64,000 nt of DNA from Piromyces finnis finn (lineage: Eukaryota; Fungi; Neocallimastigomycota): NCBI GenBank assembly GCA_002104945.1, contig MCFH01000022.1:1-64000 (forward strand). Direction: 5' to 3'. Of this stretch, positions 1 through 15,727 are shown one piece after another. A program made the translations under genes and the position numbers. The notes under the pieces are model-generated. The model ran no database searches. It worked only from the letters and a program-made list of their open reading frames with translations, and was not told where the DNA came from. The stretch's first letter is position 1. Every line of letters starts with the position of its first letter.

Positions 1-139
1 ATTCTTTCATGAATAAAATATTTAATGATAAAAATAAAAATCAATGAATTAGTCATGTATCTTAAAGAAATATATAAATAATGAAAATTAATATTTATTA
101 TTATAATATTAATATTTATCTTTTATCAATATATGTAAG

Positions 140-2847
140 TCTTGGAAATTAAATTTTAATGTCAAACAATTCAAATTTATTGAAAAAGATCCAGTTAATG
201 CATATTTTGTGTCAAATTCCGGTAAAATAATAATATTAATTAATATTAATTAGTAATATGAAAATTAACAATTAACTTTTTATTTTTTCTAAATTATTGT
301 ATTAATTTGGTATATCCTCAATTTTTTGATATTAATATAAATTGATACAATATAATAACTTTTAACAAAAAAAATAGACGATAATGAATATGTCTTATAT
401 TTATATAATTTCAAGGAAAAAAATTGTCAAAAAGTATTGAAATTTTCAAAATTTGATTTCTTTGATGTATCTACTAATGGAAAATATATTGCAATTATTA
501 GTAATGATGAAGCATTATTATTAAGCTCTTTCAATAAAGCATATACAGAAAAAGTGTAAATATCTAAATTACTATATTATTTCTTTTTATTATATTATTA
601 TTATTTAATTTAATATAAAATGTTTTTTATATTTAATTATTTTACATTATTTTTTATTATACATACCTCTGCTCTTAAAAATTAAAATATCTTTTTAAAT
701 TCAGCATTAAACATAATGAAAAGATTACATCATTTGCCTTCCATCCAAAGAATCATTATATTGTATTAGGAAACAATATTGGTGTTATTACCTCAATGTA
801 AATATTTATTTATAAAGTATTAATATAAAATGGAAATTTGAAAAGTTTTAAATGTATTCTTATGTATATATTTTTAATAATATAGATATTGCCTTGGTGA
901 TTACTTCAATAATAATAATTATGTTGAATCTTCGATGCATTGGCATTCTCATGGTGTTAGAACTATGAAATTCACGTCTGATGGTAATATATATAAGTTT
1001 AATAAAATATACTTTTATTATAGATATTTAAATCAATGTTTTATAATAAAATTATGTTATTTTAATTATAAAAAAAGGTTATTATTTAATGTCTGGTGGT
1101 GAAGAAGCAGTATTAGTTATTTGGCAATTAGAAACTAGAAAAAAGAGTTTCATTCCTAGACTCGGAGCTCCAATTCAATCGATATCTATAAATGGTAGTA
1201 ATACTTTATTTGCTACATATTTAGAAGATAGTACCATTCATATAATTACTTCATCTGATATGAATATAAAACAAACCTTTAGTGGTATTAAAATGGCTTC
1301 ATTTAAGGAAAATATATTATCTGCTGAATCACCAATATTATATAAACAAGCTGTAGAATTAGTAGTAGAACCACGCCATAATTTCCTTGTAACAAAATGT
1401 GAAAGATCATTACAATTTTACGATATAAAAAATCAAAAAATGTCTAACGAACTCACTGTTGTTTCTAGAAACTATATATCCAGAATTGAAGATGAAAAAA
1501 TAAGGAAACCTATTATTACCCTAGCCGTTTTTAGTGCTAATGGTAAATGGTTGGCTACTGTTGATACACGTGAAGATAAATATTTCCCAATAGAGACTTC
1601 CTTAAAAATTTGGCAATTTGATGAAGATATTCAAGAATATGTCCAAAATACACAAATAGATAATCCACATGGTAAAGGATTCGTTCATTCTATGAAATTT
1701 AATAATAGTACAGAAAATACCCCACTTTTAGTTACTACTGGTCAGGATAGAAAATTTAAAATATGGCAATTAAACGAACCAACTAAAAATAATCCATTAT
1801 ACTCCTGGAATTGTCGCTCTGTTTGTGAATATAAAAACAAAAAATTAGGCGAAGTATCCTTCTCTGACGATGGTTCAGTATTAGCTATTGTCGCTGAACA
1901 AGAAATCTCTTTATGGAATCCATACAATAATACATTACAATACGTTTTATCATATTCCCCACAACGCGAATCTATTCTTAATATGCATTTTATTCCAAAT
2001 ACTTATTACATTGTAGCAAATAGTAATAATTATTTATATGTTTGGAGTTTATTAACTTGCACTGTATGTTGGTGTTATCGTTTAGCGGTTGATCAGCTCG
2101 TCTTAGACCCATATACTAATCAATTTATGGTAGGAGTAAAATCAAAAGACTTTGGTTTCTATCTTTTAATTTTTGATCCAAACTACTTCTTCCCATTATC
2201 TTGTTTCAGAGTTAATGATAAATCATACCGTTCTTTAACTTACTTACCAGATAAAGAAGGATCCTTTGTAGTATATATGAGTGATGATTTCTCGTTAAAA
2301 CTTTTAAATCGTTCAGAGTCAGAAATGATTCAATTTACTAATAAGACTACAGAAGATACTGAAAATGCTACTAATTTAGAAGCCCAACAAGAACTTTTCA
2401 ACTCTATGTTTGGTAAAATTTCAATAAGTGATGATAATGATACTGTCACTCATAAGGTTATTAAGAAAAAAGCCTTAGATAAATCACCATTTGCCACTAC
2501 CTTATCTTCTCATATATTAGTGTCATTAACTACACCATTTGATATCTTTATGAATAACTGTATGGATAAAAAAGAAGTTGTCGCAATGTCAGAAAAAAAC
2601 AAGTAATTTAAGATTTTAGAATAAATAAAAAGTATAATAATTATAAATATTAATTATTATTTTCATAATTTTTGATAAAATATTATTATTTAGGGAATCT
2701 AAAGATTCAGAAGCAGAAGATAAAAGAGTTAAAAGGTTTGAATCAATTAAAAAATCTAACAGTGTAAAGGGTGAAAGTAAAAAACAGGATCTTGCATTTA
2801 TGAAAAATGTGTTTAATGGATTAATAACAAAAGGATTAAAAGCCTAG
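140..2847 (+). CDS. UTP17: WD40-repeat U3 snoRNP/SSU processome protein (WDR75/Nan1/Utp17-like), spliced; 5' part probably upstream of the window
   Basis: The long exon 1078-2603 contains SGGEEAVLVIWQLET, FIPRLGAPI and W(L)ATVD WD40 motifs typical of Nan1/WDR75. Short GT-AG exons lie upstream (~140-221, 378-557, 707-797, 886-984), and the last exon ends in TAG at 2845-2847. Confidence 0.85.
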
Positions 2848-3495
2848 AAATTATTTATTTAATTAAAAAGTAAAAACTTTTGATAAAATTTTTATTTATT
2901 TAATATTAATATTTAATAAGTTAAAATTATAAAGTTTTATTTCATTCTTTTCTAAGTTATTAGATATTTATTTATGTATAAAAAAATTAGTATTAAAAAA
3001 TACATAATTTTTTTCATACATAACCATTACTACTATTATTATTAAAGTATTATTTCTTTTTTTTTTATATACTTATTTTTTTTACATATTTAATAAAATA
3101 TTTTAAAAAATAAAGATTATATTTTATTTTTTTTTTTTTACATATATAAAAATATAATTACATTTATATTATAAGCCACAAAGTAATTTAATAATAAATA
3201 TAAATTAACCTATTGAATTTGTGTAGTAATTGTTATTGGTTAAAAAAAAAAAAAAAAAAAGCATTTTTGAAATTAATAGGTATAAAAGTAAAATTTTTTC
3301 TTTCTTTTTTCACGCAAAGATTTATTTTTTGTTTTTTTTAATTGAAAGTTAAAGAGAAATTTTTTTTAAAATTTTAAGTAAGTGAGGACGCTTCTTTTTC
3401 AAATTTGGGAAATAAGCTAATTTACTTTTTTGAAAAAAATTTTTTGTAATTTAAATTGCGGAAGAAACATATAAAATTAAATTGATAAATTCATC

Positions 3496-4030
<535 letters not shown>

Positions 4031-4128
4031 ATTTAGTTTGAAACTAAAGAAAATGTTTAATCACTTTTCTAATTCTCTTAGTTGTAAACACTTCTATCAA
4101 TTAAGTAGAAATAAAAAATAAAATATCT

Positions 4129-4268
4129 CAAAAAATATATAAATAATTATAAAATTATTTGGTGTTTTATAAAATATTATTTAAAATATTGTATCAAAAA
4201 TATATAAATAATTATAAAATTATTTGGTGTTTTATAAAATATTGTTTAAAATATTGTATCAAAAATAT
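4129..4268. repeat. Tandem duplication of a ~66-bp AT-rich unit (two copies plus a few bases)
   Basis: caaaaa(a)tatataaataattataaaattatttggtgttttataaaatatt(a/g)tttaaaatattgtat starts at 4129 and again at 4195. Confidence 0.85.
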
Positions 4269-5368
4269 GTGAATTTATGAAAAAGTTTGAATTATTAAAT
4301 GAATATTTTTTAATTTTAAAGTAAATGAATAATGAATTTTATTTTTTTTTAGTTGTTTTTTTTTTTTTAAAAAAATAAAAAAAAAAAAAAGTTATAAAGT
4401 GGAATACATAAAGATATTAATATAAAAAAAAAATATTAAAATTGGCTTTTATTTTTTTGTATTAATAAATGAGTTACTATCTTAGTTAAATTTACATATC
4501 AATTCCAATAGATATGTAAACCCAACTTTTTATATTAATAAATACCCTACTCCAAAAGTTTCATGGTATTACTTGGACTTGAAATTCTTTTCCAACGAAA
4601 ATATTTCATCATTTCTTATTCTATTAAACCTATACAAAATAATTTAGGAATCATTATTCTCCCTATAATTATGTTTTTGTTGGTTAGACAACATTCTAAA
4701 TAAAGTTATGCTCTAGATTCCATTATAAAATAGAATGGTTCAATCACTTAATATTAATAGTATTGGCATTATATTAAATATTAATACTTTTCGTTATAAA
4801 AGTTTCAATTATAATGATTTTATATATAAACAAAACACATTTACTAGACTGAATATGATCAATCGATCTTATTTTATATCATTCTCTATTATTTGGTTTT
4901 AACTAAAGCCTTAAAACTAGAACATAAATTTTTATTAAAATACTAATAGTATTAGAGTTGAATCTTCTAAATACAACTCTACTATCAGTTTATTTGCCTT
5001 TTTTTTTCTTTTTTCTTCTTACTTTTTGTAAAATTAACATCTCTTTATTATTCGCATTTTTTAAAAATTTATATATATATTACAAAATGAGAAAAATCCA
5101 TTTTTATTATTAAATATTTAGTTGACCACTTCTCTACTATGTCATATTATTCTTAGGCCAAAGAAGTTCACACCCTGTTTTTTAAGTTAGTATATTAAAA
5201 GGTGTGAAAATCCTTTTACTAATATACTATTTATTACAGTTTTATATATAGCATTATTTTATTTTTTACTTTATATAGTATTTTTATCTATAATATTATT
5301 TACTTTAATTTTATTTTTAATAATTATAAAGCTGTATTTGCCATAACAATCAAGGTTATATCTAAAAT

Positions 5369-5486
<118 letters not shown>

Positions 5487-5537
5487 TTCAATATTTTCTT
5501 TTAAGCATTTTTTTAATTACACTTTGTTTATTTTTTC

Positions 5538-8277
<2,740 letters not shown>

Positions 8278-9397
8278 TTTGTTTGTTCACTCGCTTGCTT
8301 TTATTTTTATTTTTTTTTTATTATTACTATTATTATTTTATTTTTTTAATTTACTTATTTATTTTTAAATTTTATTTTTATTTCTTTAGTTATAATAATA
8401 TATATATATATATATACTTTTAATTTATTTAATTATATTAAATATATTTATATTTTTTAATATATTACGATATTTTTTTATTATTGTTTTTTTATCTTTC
8501 TTTTTATTTATTTGTTTATTTATTTTATTGTTGCTATTTACTTTCTTTATTTTTCCTTCTATTACTTTATATTTAATAAAAAAAAAATTATAATAATAAA
8601 AAGATTAACTTTTTAAAACTTTGATAAATTAATTTACAAATTAAAAATTTTTTATGCTTTTAATATCTATTTTTATTTAAAATGTAATAAAATATAATTC
8701 GCTAAAAATTATTAAACTATAAAATATAAAAAAAAAAAATAGTAATTAAGTTTAAAAACTCTTCTAAAATTTTGTCTATTTTAATTTTTCATTTTTATTT
8801 TATTTTATGTTTATTTACTTGCAAATTTGCAACATCTACCCTATAGATAATAGTATGAAGAAAAAAGTTATGAATTATTTATCAAATGATGATTTTTATA
8901 ATTATTTTATTTTATATTTATAATATGTCTAGTTGTTTATGTTTTGCTTATTTTTTTGAAAAAAAAAAAAAAAAAATGCATATATAATTATTTATAATAA
9001 TAATAAAAAAAAAGAAAAAAGAAAAAGAAAATATTAATAATAAAGATCATATAATAATAAACTATGGCAATAAATAAAAAAAAGTAAATAAAAAATAAAA
9101 TAAAATAAAATAAAAATACATTATAATATTAATTTGCAATATATATTATTAATATTGATTGAGGTTTTCTGTTATATTTTATAATATTATGAATATTTTA
9201 GATTGACTTTAAATAAAATGATAGAATGATAAATTATTTATAAATTATTGTAGTATTTGAAAACTAATTCTATATTGTTGTTGTTTTTGTTTGTTTGTTT
9301 GTTTTGTTTTGTTTTGTTTTGTTTTATAAATGGTAACAATCTTTTTCCTTAAATATAGAATAGTAAATCCTGATTTTTTTTTTCTTTTTCTTCTAGA

Positions 9398-11998
9398 TTA
9401 AACAGCACAAAATTCAACCGTCCATTGTCTTCTTAACCACAATTTCAAGTCTATAAAATCAAGAGTTGCTTCAATATCATCTATATTATATTCTTGTTCT
9501 TTAATATCTTCTACCTCTATATTACTAAATTTTATATCTGATACGTCTAATTTAAGATTTTCTGTAATTTGATATTTATTCTTAGGAAGCTCTAAATGAA
9601 GAGGCACAGATTCCCACCAAAAGTTACGACAAGGTTGAAGAATGGAGAGGGTATTATTCATTGCTTCTTGATTATATTCAGGCTCTGGTTCAACTTGAGT
9701 AACCATATTACTAATTTCTGGCATAACAATTTCATTAGTCATTTCATCTGTAGTGGTATAGGATGAATCAGTAATATTAATATCAGTGGTATGTTCTGTT
9801 TCAGTGCCATTATAGATAATATTATTGGAAGAAACTTTATGGTGATTAATATCTTGTTCTACACCTTCATTACCATTTTCTTGTTCATCAAAAGTAGCAA
9901 CAGTTGAAGATGGACTAACAGGTTTATCATTGGATGGTACTATAATTGGAATAATTTCATTATCAGAATTTGCTAATGGAGATGAATTTATTATATCAGT
10001 AGTAACAGTGGTATTGGTGGCTGTAATGGTAGTATTATTTAAAATAATAGAATCATGAGGTATATCCGAAACTTCATCTTGAATATAGCTAATAATTTTT
10101 AAATTTTCTTCATCCTTACTTGGATTTCTTACAATTTCTCGAATGCTACTATGAAGAATAACACTATTTTCATCTGAACATTTCATATGAATTTCTTCCA
10201 GTTTATTTTCAATATTGTCAATATTATCAATATCAAGTTTAGATTCAATATTATCAATACTCTCAAAGCTATCCGTATCTACTCGACTACCATCAACTTC
10301 AAGACATGAGTGATAAAGAAACTGAGAATCTTGAATTGGAACTGGAAGGGAATTACGTGAATTACCAAGTGTATTACAAGATTTAAAGATATATGAAGAA
10401 CCTTCACAAATATCGGTATGAGATTCAAAGAGTTCTGTATTTTCTCCATCATAATTTCCAGTGTCAATATTATTGCTACTTTTACTGTGATGAAGAACAC
10501 GAGAATGATCATGAGAATCAAAACTATTATCAGCCATATCATTTAATACAATAAAACTTTGGTTATTTCCATAAGGACGTAGTAGTAATGGACGTGGTGG
10601 AATTTCATAACTCTCATCATCACCATCATCATCACCATCATCATTATCATCACTTTGATTAACACTTTCCTCCACTTCTTCAGGTATAATTTCAGCTTTT
10701 AATTCATGTTTTATATTTTCATTTGTGGCACTTGCTTTAGTTAATCCTTCGACAGAATTATTGGTTTTATCCATTGAATTGTTGGTCGTATCAACAGTAG
10801 TTGTGGTAATATAATGTAATGATTCATTAGTATTATTATTGTTATTATATGAATTATCAGTTATTGTTGAAGATGTCTGTGCAGGGATTTGTTGAGGTTG
10901 AGGTTGGTAATGTTCTTCCTCTTCCTCCATACCAAATTCATAATTTGGATTAAGGGGATTAATTGGTAAATTAACTAATAACATTGCAATACTATTAATT
11001 TTAGTTTTATTAGATTCTCTAGCACGATAACCCCATGTAGAATTTCCTTGAATTTTTGTAAGAATATTTAAAGTGTTTAATATAGCATAGTTTCTTTTTT
11101 GTTTAGAACCACCCTTAATGCTAAAACGACTAAGAGAAGAAGATTTATCCTCACGAATTTTAGCTAATTCTTCCAAATAAATATGTGCTTTAGTTACATC
11201 TTCCATTTCTGTTATATTATTTAATTTTACTAATACGTTTTTTCTATCAATCAAAAATTGGCTACAAACATTTTTTAATTGATGCATAAATTCTAAATTG
11301 CATACATCTTTATTATAGAGTTGAACAATAGAATTGGTTTGTTCAACCTGGTTTTCAGACGATTCTAAAGTAACAGCCGGTATTACAAAAAATTCAATTT
11401 CTTCACGAAGAACCAAAATAATTTGTTGTGAAATCGTAATGTAAAATAAATTTTTTATTTGTTGAATATCTGACATATCAATGTTATTTGCTTCTCCTTC
11501 TTCGTATTGTTCCACAAATTTTAAGTATTGCATTTTGGTGAACTTTATGCAAAAATATTTATAAAGGAATTCAAAGAGATTAGGATCAAAATTGATATAT
11601 AATATGAACATTTCATCCATTGGTGATAAATTAGGATTAACAAAGAATTCTTCTTCATTTGTAAAATCATTAACATCAAAGGGGTAATTTTCAATAGAAC
11701 GTATATTTACTTTAACTAATTTCAAAAAAAATTGTTGAAGACGAGCTAATGATTTATATTGTTGTTTAATATTCACTAAGGGGATACCAGTTGGGAACAT
11801 GGTAATTAAAATAGATTCTGGAAATAATCGTAATATAGCTAAATCTACCATAAAACGTATACCACCCAATTCTATATATATTATATTGGCAGTAATACAA
11901 TTATTTATATCCACCAAAGTATTCATATTTATATTATTATTGTTGTTATTGTTATTGTTTGTATTCATTGTTTTCATATCTTCATTTAAATTTACCAT
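9398..11998 (-). CDS. WHI2: Whi2-like BTB/POZ-domain protein, single exon, 866 aa with a long acidic/low-complexity insert
   Basis: N-terminal IELGGIRF..ILRLFPESILITMFPTG and INFDPNLFEFL, middle LVLREEIEFFVIP, C-terminal PCRNFWWE..KLWLRRQWTVEFCAV, as in fungal Whi2-like proteins. Confidence 0.75.
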   Translation of the reverse strand: MVNLNEDMKTMNTNNNNNNNNNINMNTLVDINNCITANIIYIELGGIRFMVDLAILRLFPESILITMFPTGIPLVNIKQQYKSLARLQQFFLKLVKVNIRSIENYPFDVNDFTNEEEFFVNPNLSPMDEMFILYINFDPNLFEFLYKYFCIKFTKMQYLKFVEQYEEGEANNIDMSDIQQIKNLFYITISQQIILVLREEIEFFVIPAVTLESSENQVEQTNSIVQLYNKDVCNLEFMHQLKNVCSQFLIDRKNVLVKLNNITEMEDVTKAHIYLEELAKIREDKSSSLSRFSIKGGSKQKRNYAILNTLNILTKIQGNSTWGYRARESNKTKINSIAMLLVNLPINPLNPNYEFGMEEEEEHYQPQPQQIPAQTSSTITDNSYNNNNNTNESLHYITTTTVDTTNNSMDKTNNSVEGLTKASATNENIKHELKAEIIPEEVEESVNQSDDNDDGDDDGDDESYEIPPRPLLLRPYGNNQSFIVLNDMADNSFDSHDHSRVLHHSKSSNNIDTGNYDGENTELFESHTDICEGSSYIFKSCNTLGNSRNSLPVPIQDSQFLYHSCLEVDGSRVDTDSFESIDNIESKLDIDNIDNIENKLEEIHMKCSDENSVILHSSIREIVRNPSKDEENLKIISYIQDEVSDIPHDSIILNNTTITATNTTVTTDIINSSPLANSDNEIIPIIVPSNDKPVSPSSTVATFDEQENGNEGVEQDINHHKVSSNNIIYNGTETEHTTDINITDSSYTTTDEMTNEIVMPEISNMVTQVEPEPEYNQEAMNNTLSILQPCRNFWWESVPLHLELPKNKYQITENLKLDVSDIKFSNIEVEDIKEQEYNIDDIEATLDFIDLKLWLRRQWTVEFCAV

Positions 11999-12583
11999 GT
12001 TGAAAATAAAATGCGAAAATTGTTTAGAATCTAAAAGTTGAAAGGTATTAAAGTTATTATATTAAAATGTAAATAGTTGTTAACTTTGTTATGGTATACA
12101 AAAATTCTTGTTTTTGCTTGTATGTTTAAAATTATGTGTTTTATAAATATATTTTTTATTATAATTAATTTATTGATTTACGATTTACAATATCTAATAA
12201 TGGCTATAAATAATTTATCGTTTCCTTTTTCTATTAATTTTAATAAATATAATTTACAACACTTGTTATTTTTAATGCTATTTATTGTAAAAGACAGAAA
12301 TTCTAAATGAAGTAAAAATAAATAATTTAAATATTATCCTTTTAATTGGATAGGAAAAAAAAAATCAACAATAAAAGTTTTTTTTTTTTTGATTTGATTA
12401 ATTTAATAGAATATTTTTATTTTTGTATCTTAAAAAAATGAAAAATAATTTATCTATACTACTATATATATCATTAATATGAACTGTATTTATGTGTTAT
12501 TTTTTGTATTCAATATAAAAATAAACATAAAAGTCCTTTACTATATTTGTTTTTAGTTTATTTTGATTTATATTATGTTTTTT

Positions 12584-12622
<39 letters not shown>

Positions 12623-15251
12623 ATATATATATATATATTTACAATCAATTATTTTAAGCTTATTATTAAGTTTATCACTTATTACTTATGATAATTTGAT
12701 ATTTCTTTGAAATCTATTATAATTATATATTAATAACGAATAGAAAAATAGCTAAACATTTTTTCTCTTTAAAAAAAAAACAAATTGTTAGATATTTATC
12801 AAAAAGAAAGAAGCTGTATAATAAATTACTTCTTTCTTTATTGCTTTTAAATATTTTTATCGAATTTTTTATATTTTTTTACTCCTATTACTAAAGTATA
12901 ATGAAATTAAACTAATAAATAAGTATTTTTACAATATTTAACGTTTAATATATATTTCTTATTTCATTTTATTCTTTTTTTTTTCATCTCCAGTATTATC
13001 TGTACTATCAATTTTTTTTCTTTTTTTATTTTTTTTTTTATTTTTTTTAAAAAAAAAAAAAAAAAAAAAAATTAATTATATAAATAAATATTTGGAGGTG
13101 TTTTTCTTAAAATATAATTCAAGTTTTGAAATTTACTAATTATTTTATAAATATTTGTATTGGCTTTTATGTGTTTATAATATCGCAATTTTCTACGTAC
13201 TTAATTTTTTGTTTGTTTATTATCTGATTGTCTATTTTCTCATTCTAAAAAAAAATAATAATAATAAAATATAAAGGGATTTACTATATATAACTTCAAT
13301 CAACCAGAATATTTTTTTCTCTAATAATAATAATTTTTTATATATTATTTATTATTGTTAAAAATTTAATTATTATTTTTTATTATGTTAATTATTTATC
13401 AACTGTATTATTTATTTCATAATTATAATTATCTATCAATCCCACATAATAAAATGATTGATTTTTAGTTTAAAATCTACTTTAAAATAATTATAAAAAA
13501 AATATAAAATAAAATAATATATATAAAAAAAAAAAAAAAGAATGTAATTAAATAATAATTAATAAATTTTATATTATAAATTTTTATTTTACATACTTAA
13601 ATATAAATATTATATATTTATATCTGTAAATTTTAAATTCTACTTTTTTGAACTTTATCAATTATTAGATTTTTCTTTTTTTTTACAAGGATAAAAATAA
13701 ATATGGATTATAATATTTAACTATGTAATAATCTATGTAATAATGAACTTCTATTTTTTTTTAAACTTTTTCATAAAAATTATTATTTATTTATCTTCTC
13801 TTTTCATTATACCTCCTATTTAATTCTCTTATTATTTTTATCCTCTTTGTTATTTTCTGTGCATATTGTTTTTATCATTAAGATTTTGATATTTACATGA
13901 CATTTATTATTAAATAAAGTTTTAATTTTTTCTTAATTAAAAAATTCCTTTTTTTTTTTTTTTGTAAGACATCATCGTTATAATAAATTAAAAATAATAT
14001 AATTATAATATAAACTTATATAAAAATAATATAAAAAAAAGATATAATATTATGTTGAAATTAATGGCTATTGTACATTATTATATATTACTATATGATA
14101 GTAATGTAATATTAAACATACTGATATAATTTTTATAACTATTCAATATATTGTATTTAATGTTTAATATACAATAATTTAATCAAAATGGCTTATAATT
14201 AATTTAATAAAAACTTTTTTTGGTAAATGTCCATAATTAACTTTATTAAATATAAATTAATTTTATTACTTTATTATGTAATATAATATAATACATAATC
14301 ATTGATTCAATTAAAAAATAAATTTATAAATTTATATAAATTGAAAGTCTTATTAATATAAATATATTAAATCACATTTGAGACTATTTTGGTAATAATT
14401 ATAATAGATATAATATATTATATCTATTATAATTTTAATAAACTATAATATATTATAGTTTATTAAAATTAATCATTAAATTTTAAAATTTATTACAATA
14501 TAATGTAATATATTAAATAAAGGATTACAAATATCCTTAAATTGTGTTACACAATCTATTTTTTAAAAAAGGATGTAAATAGCATTTTGTCAAGGCTTTG
14601 GTAACAAAAAATAAAATGTATTCATGCTAAAGTAAAAAAAAAAAAAAGGAAGAGAAATGGTAAAAGTCATAGTAATATCTATAAAAATTTTTATTAAAAT
14701 ATAAATAATAATAATATATTATAATAATACTATTAAATATAGCATAACTATCATAATATAATAAATATTTTTTTTTGTTATTTACTTATGGTTTAATTTT
14801 ATTTAATAATTTAATTTGGTTACCTTTTTTATTTTCACAAAGTATAAAAATAATAAGATGGATTATAATATAATATTAAAAATTAATAAATTATAAAGCA
14901 GAGTATAAAACATAATACTAAAATAAAAAAAACACTAAAAATTAGTAACAGTTATTAAAATATAATAGTTTAGATTTTTTAAAAATTTTCATAAAGTATA
15001 AACTGTTTAACACAATTATATTTTACTTTCGATCTTATTTTGTTATAGCTTCATTCCTACAGAAGTTTTATTACTAATAATAAATAAATAATATATCTAT
15101 AAAGAATACTTGTATTATAAAAATTTTCTAGAAAGCCAGTAAAAATAACTAAATACTTTAATATACATTATTAATATTCATATAAAAATTTGAATTGTTA
15201 CATAGATTAATAGATGATAAAATATTATTAAATTTAGTATCCCAATCAAAT

Positions 15252-15290
<39 letters not shown>

Positions 15291-15327
15291 TATATTTATT
15301 TATTTATTTATTTATTTATTTATATAT

Positions 15328-15374
<47 letters not shown>

Positions 15375-15727
15375 CTTATTTACATGTTTTAATCTGTGAA
15401 TAAATATAAACGTTAATAGTAATAGCTCTATCATTATAGATATATAACTAGATTTATTTTCTAAATAGTTGAGTTTTGTTTTTATTATTTTAAAAGGAAT
15501 ATGAAGGTGTATTAATTTAATTATTTGTTATTTGTTATTATTATTGAAAAAAAAAAAAAAAAAAAAAAATTGGGAAAAAAAATAATATATATATTATTAT
15601 AATCAATGAAATTAGTAGTTGTAACATTAAGATATATATAATTATTAGTTAGGAAAAAACGATAATAAAATAAGTAATGAGATTATGTAATAATAAAACA
15701 TAATTTTTTTTTTTTTTTTTGATTTAT

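Noticed and set aside
14515-14680. Small hairpins (aaggat..atcctt, ttgtgt-t-acacaa) as a possible ncRNA
   Set aside because: The stems are short enough to arise by chance in AT-rich DNA, and there are no box or Sm motifs.
15195-15392. IYLF-repeat ORFs (also 36029-36355 N-terminus and 38016-38201)
   Set aside because: They are translations of ATTT/AAAT microsatellites with no coding signal.
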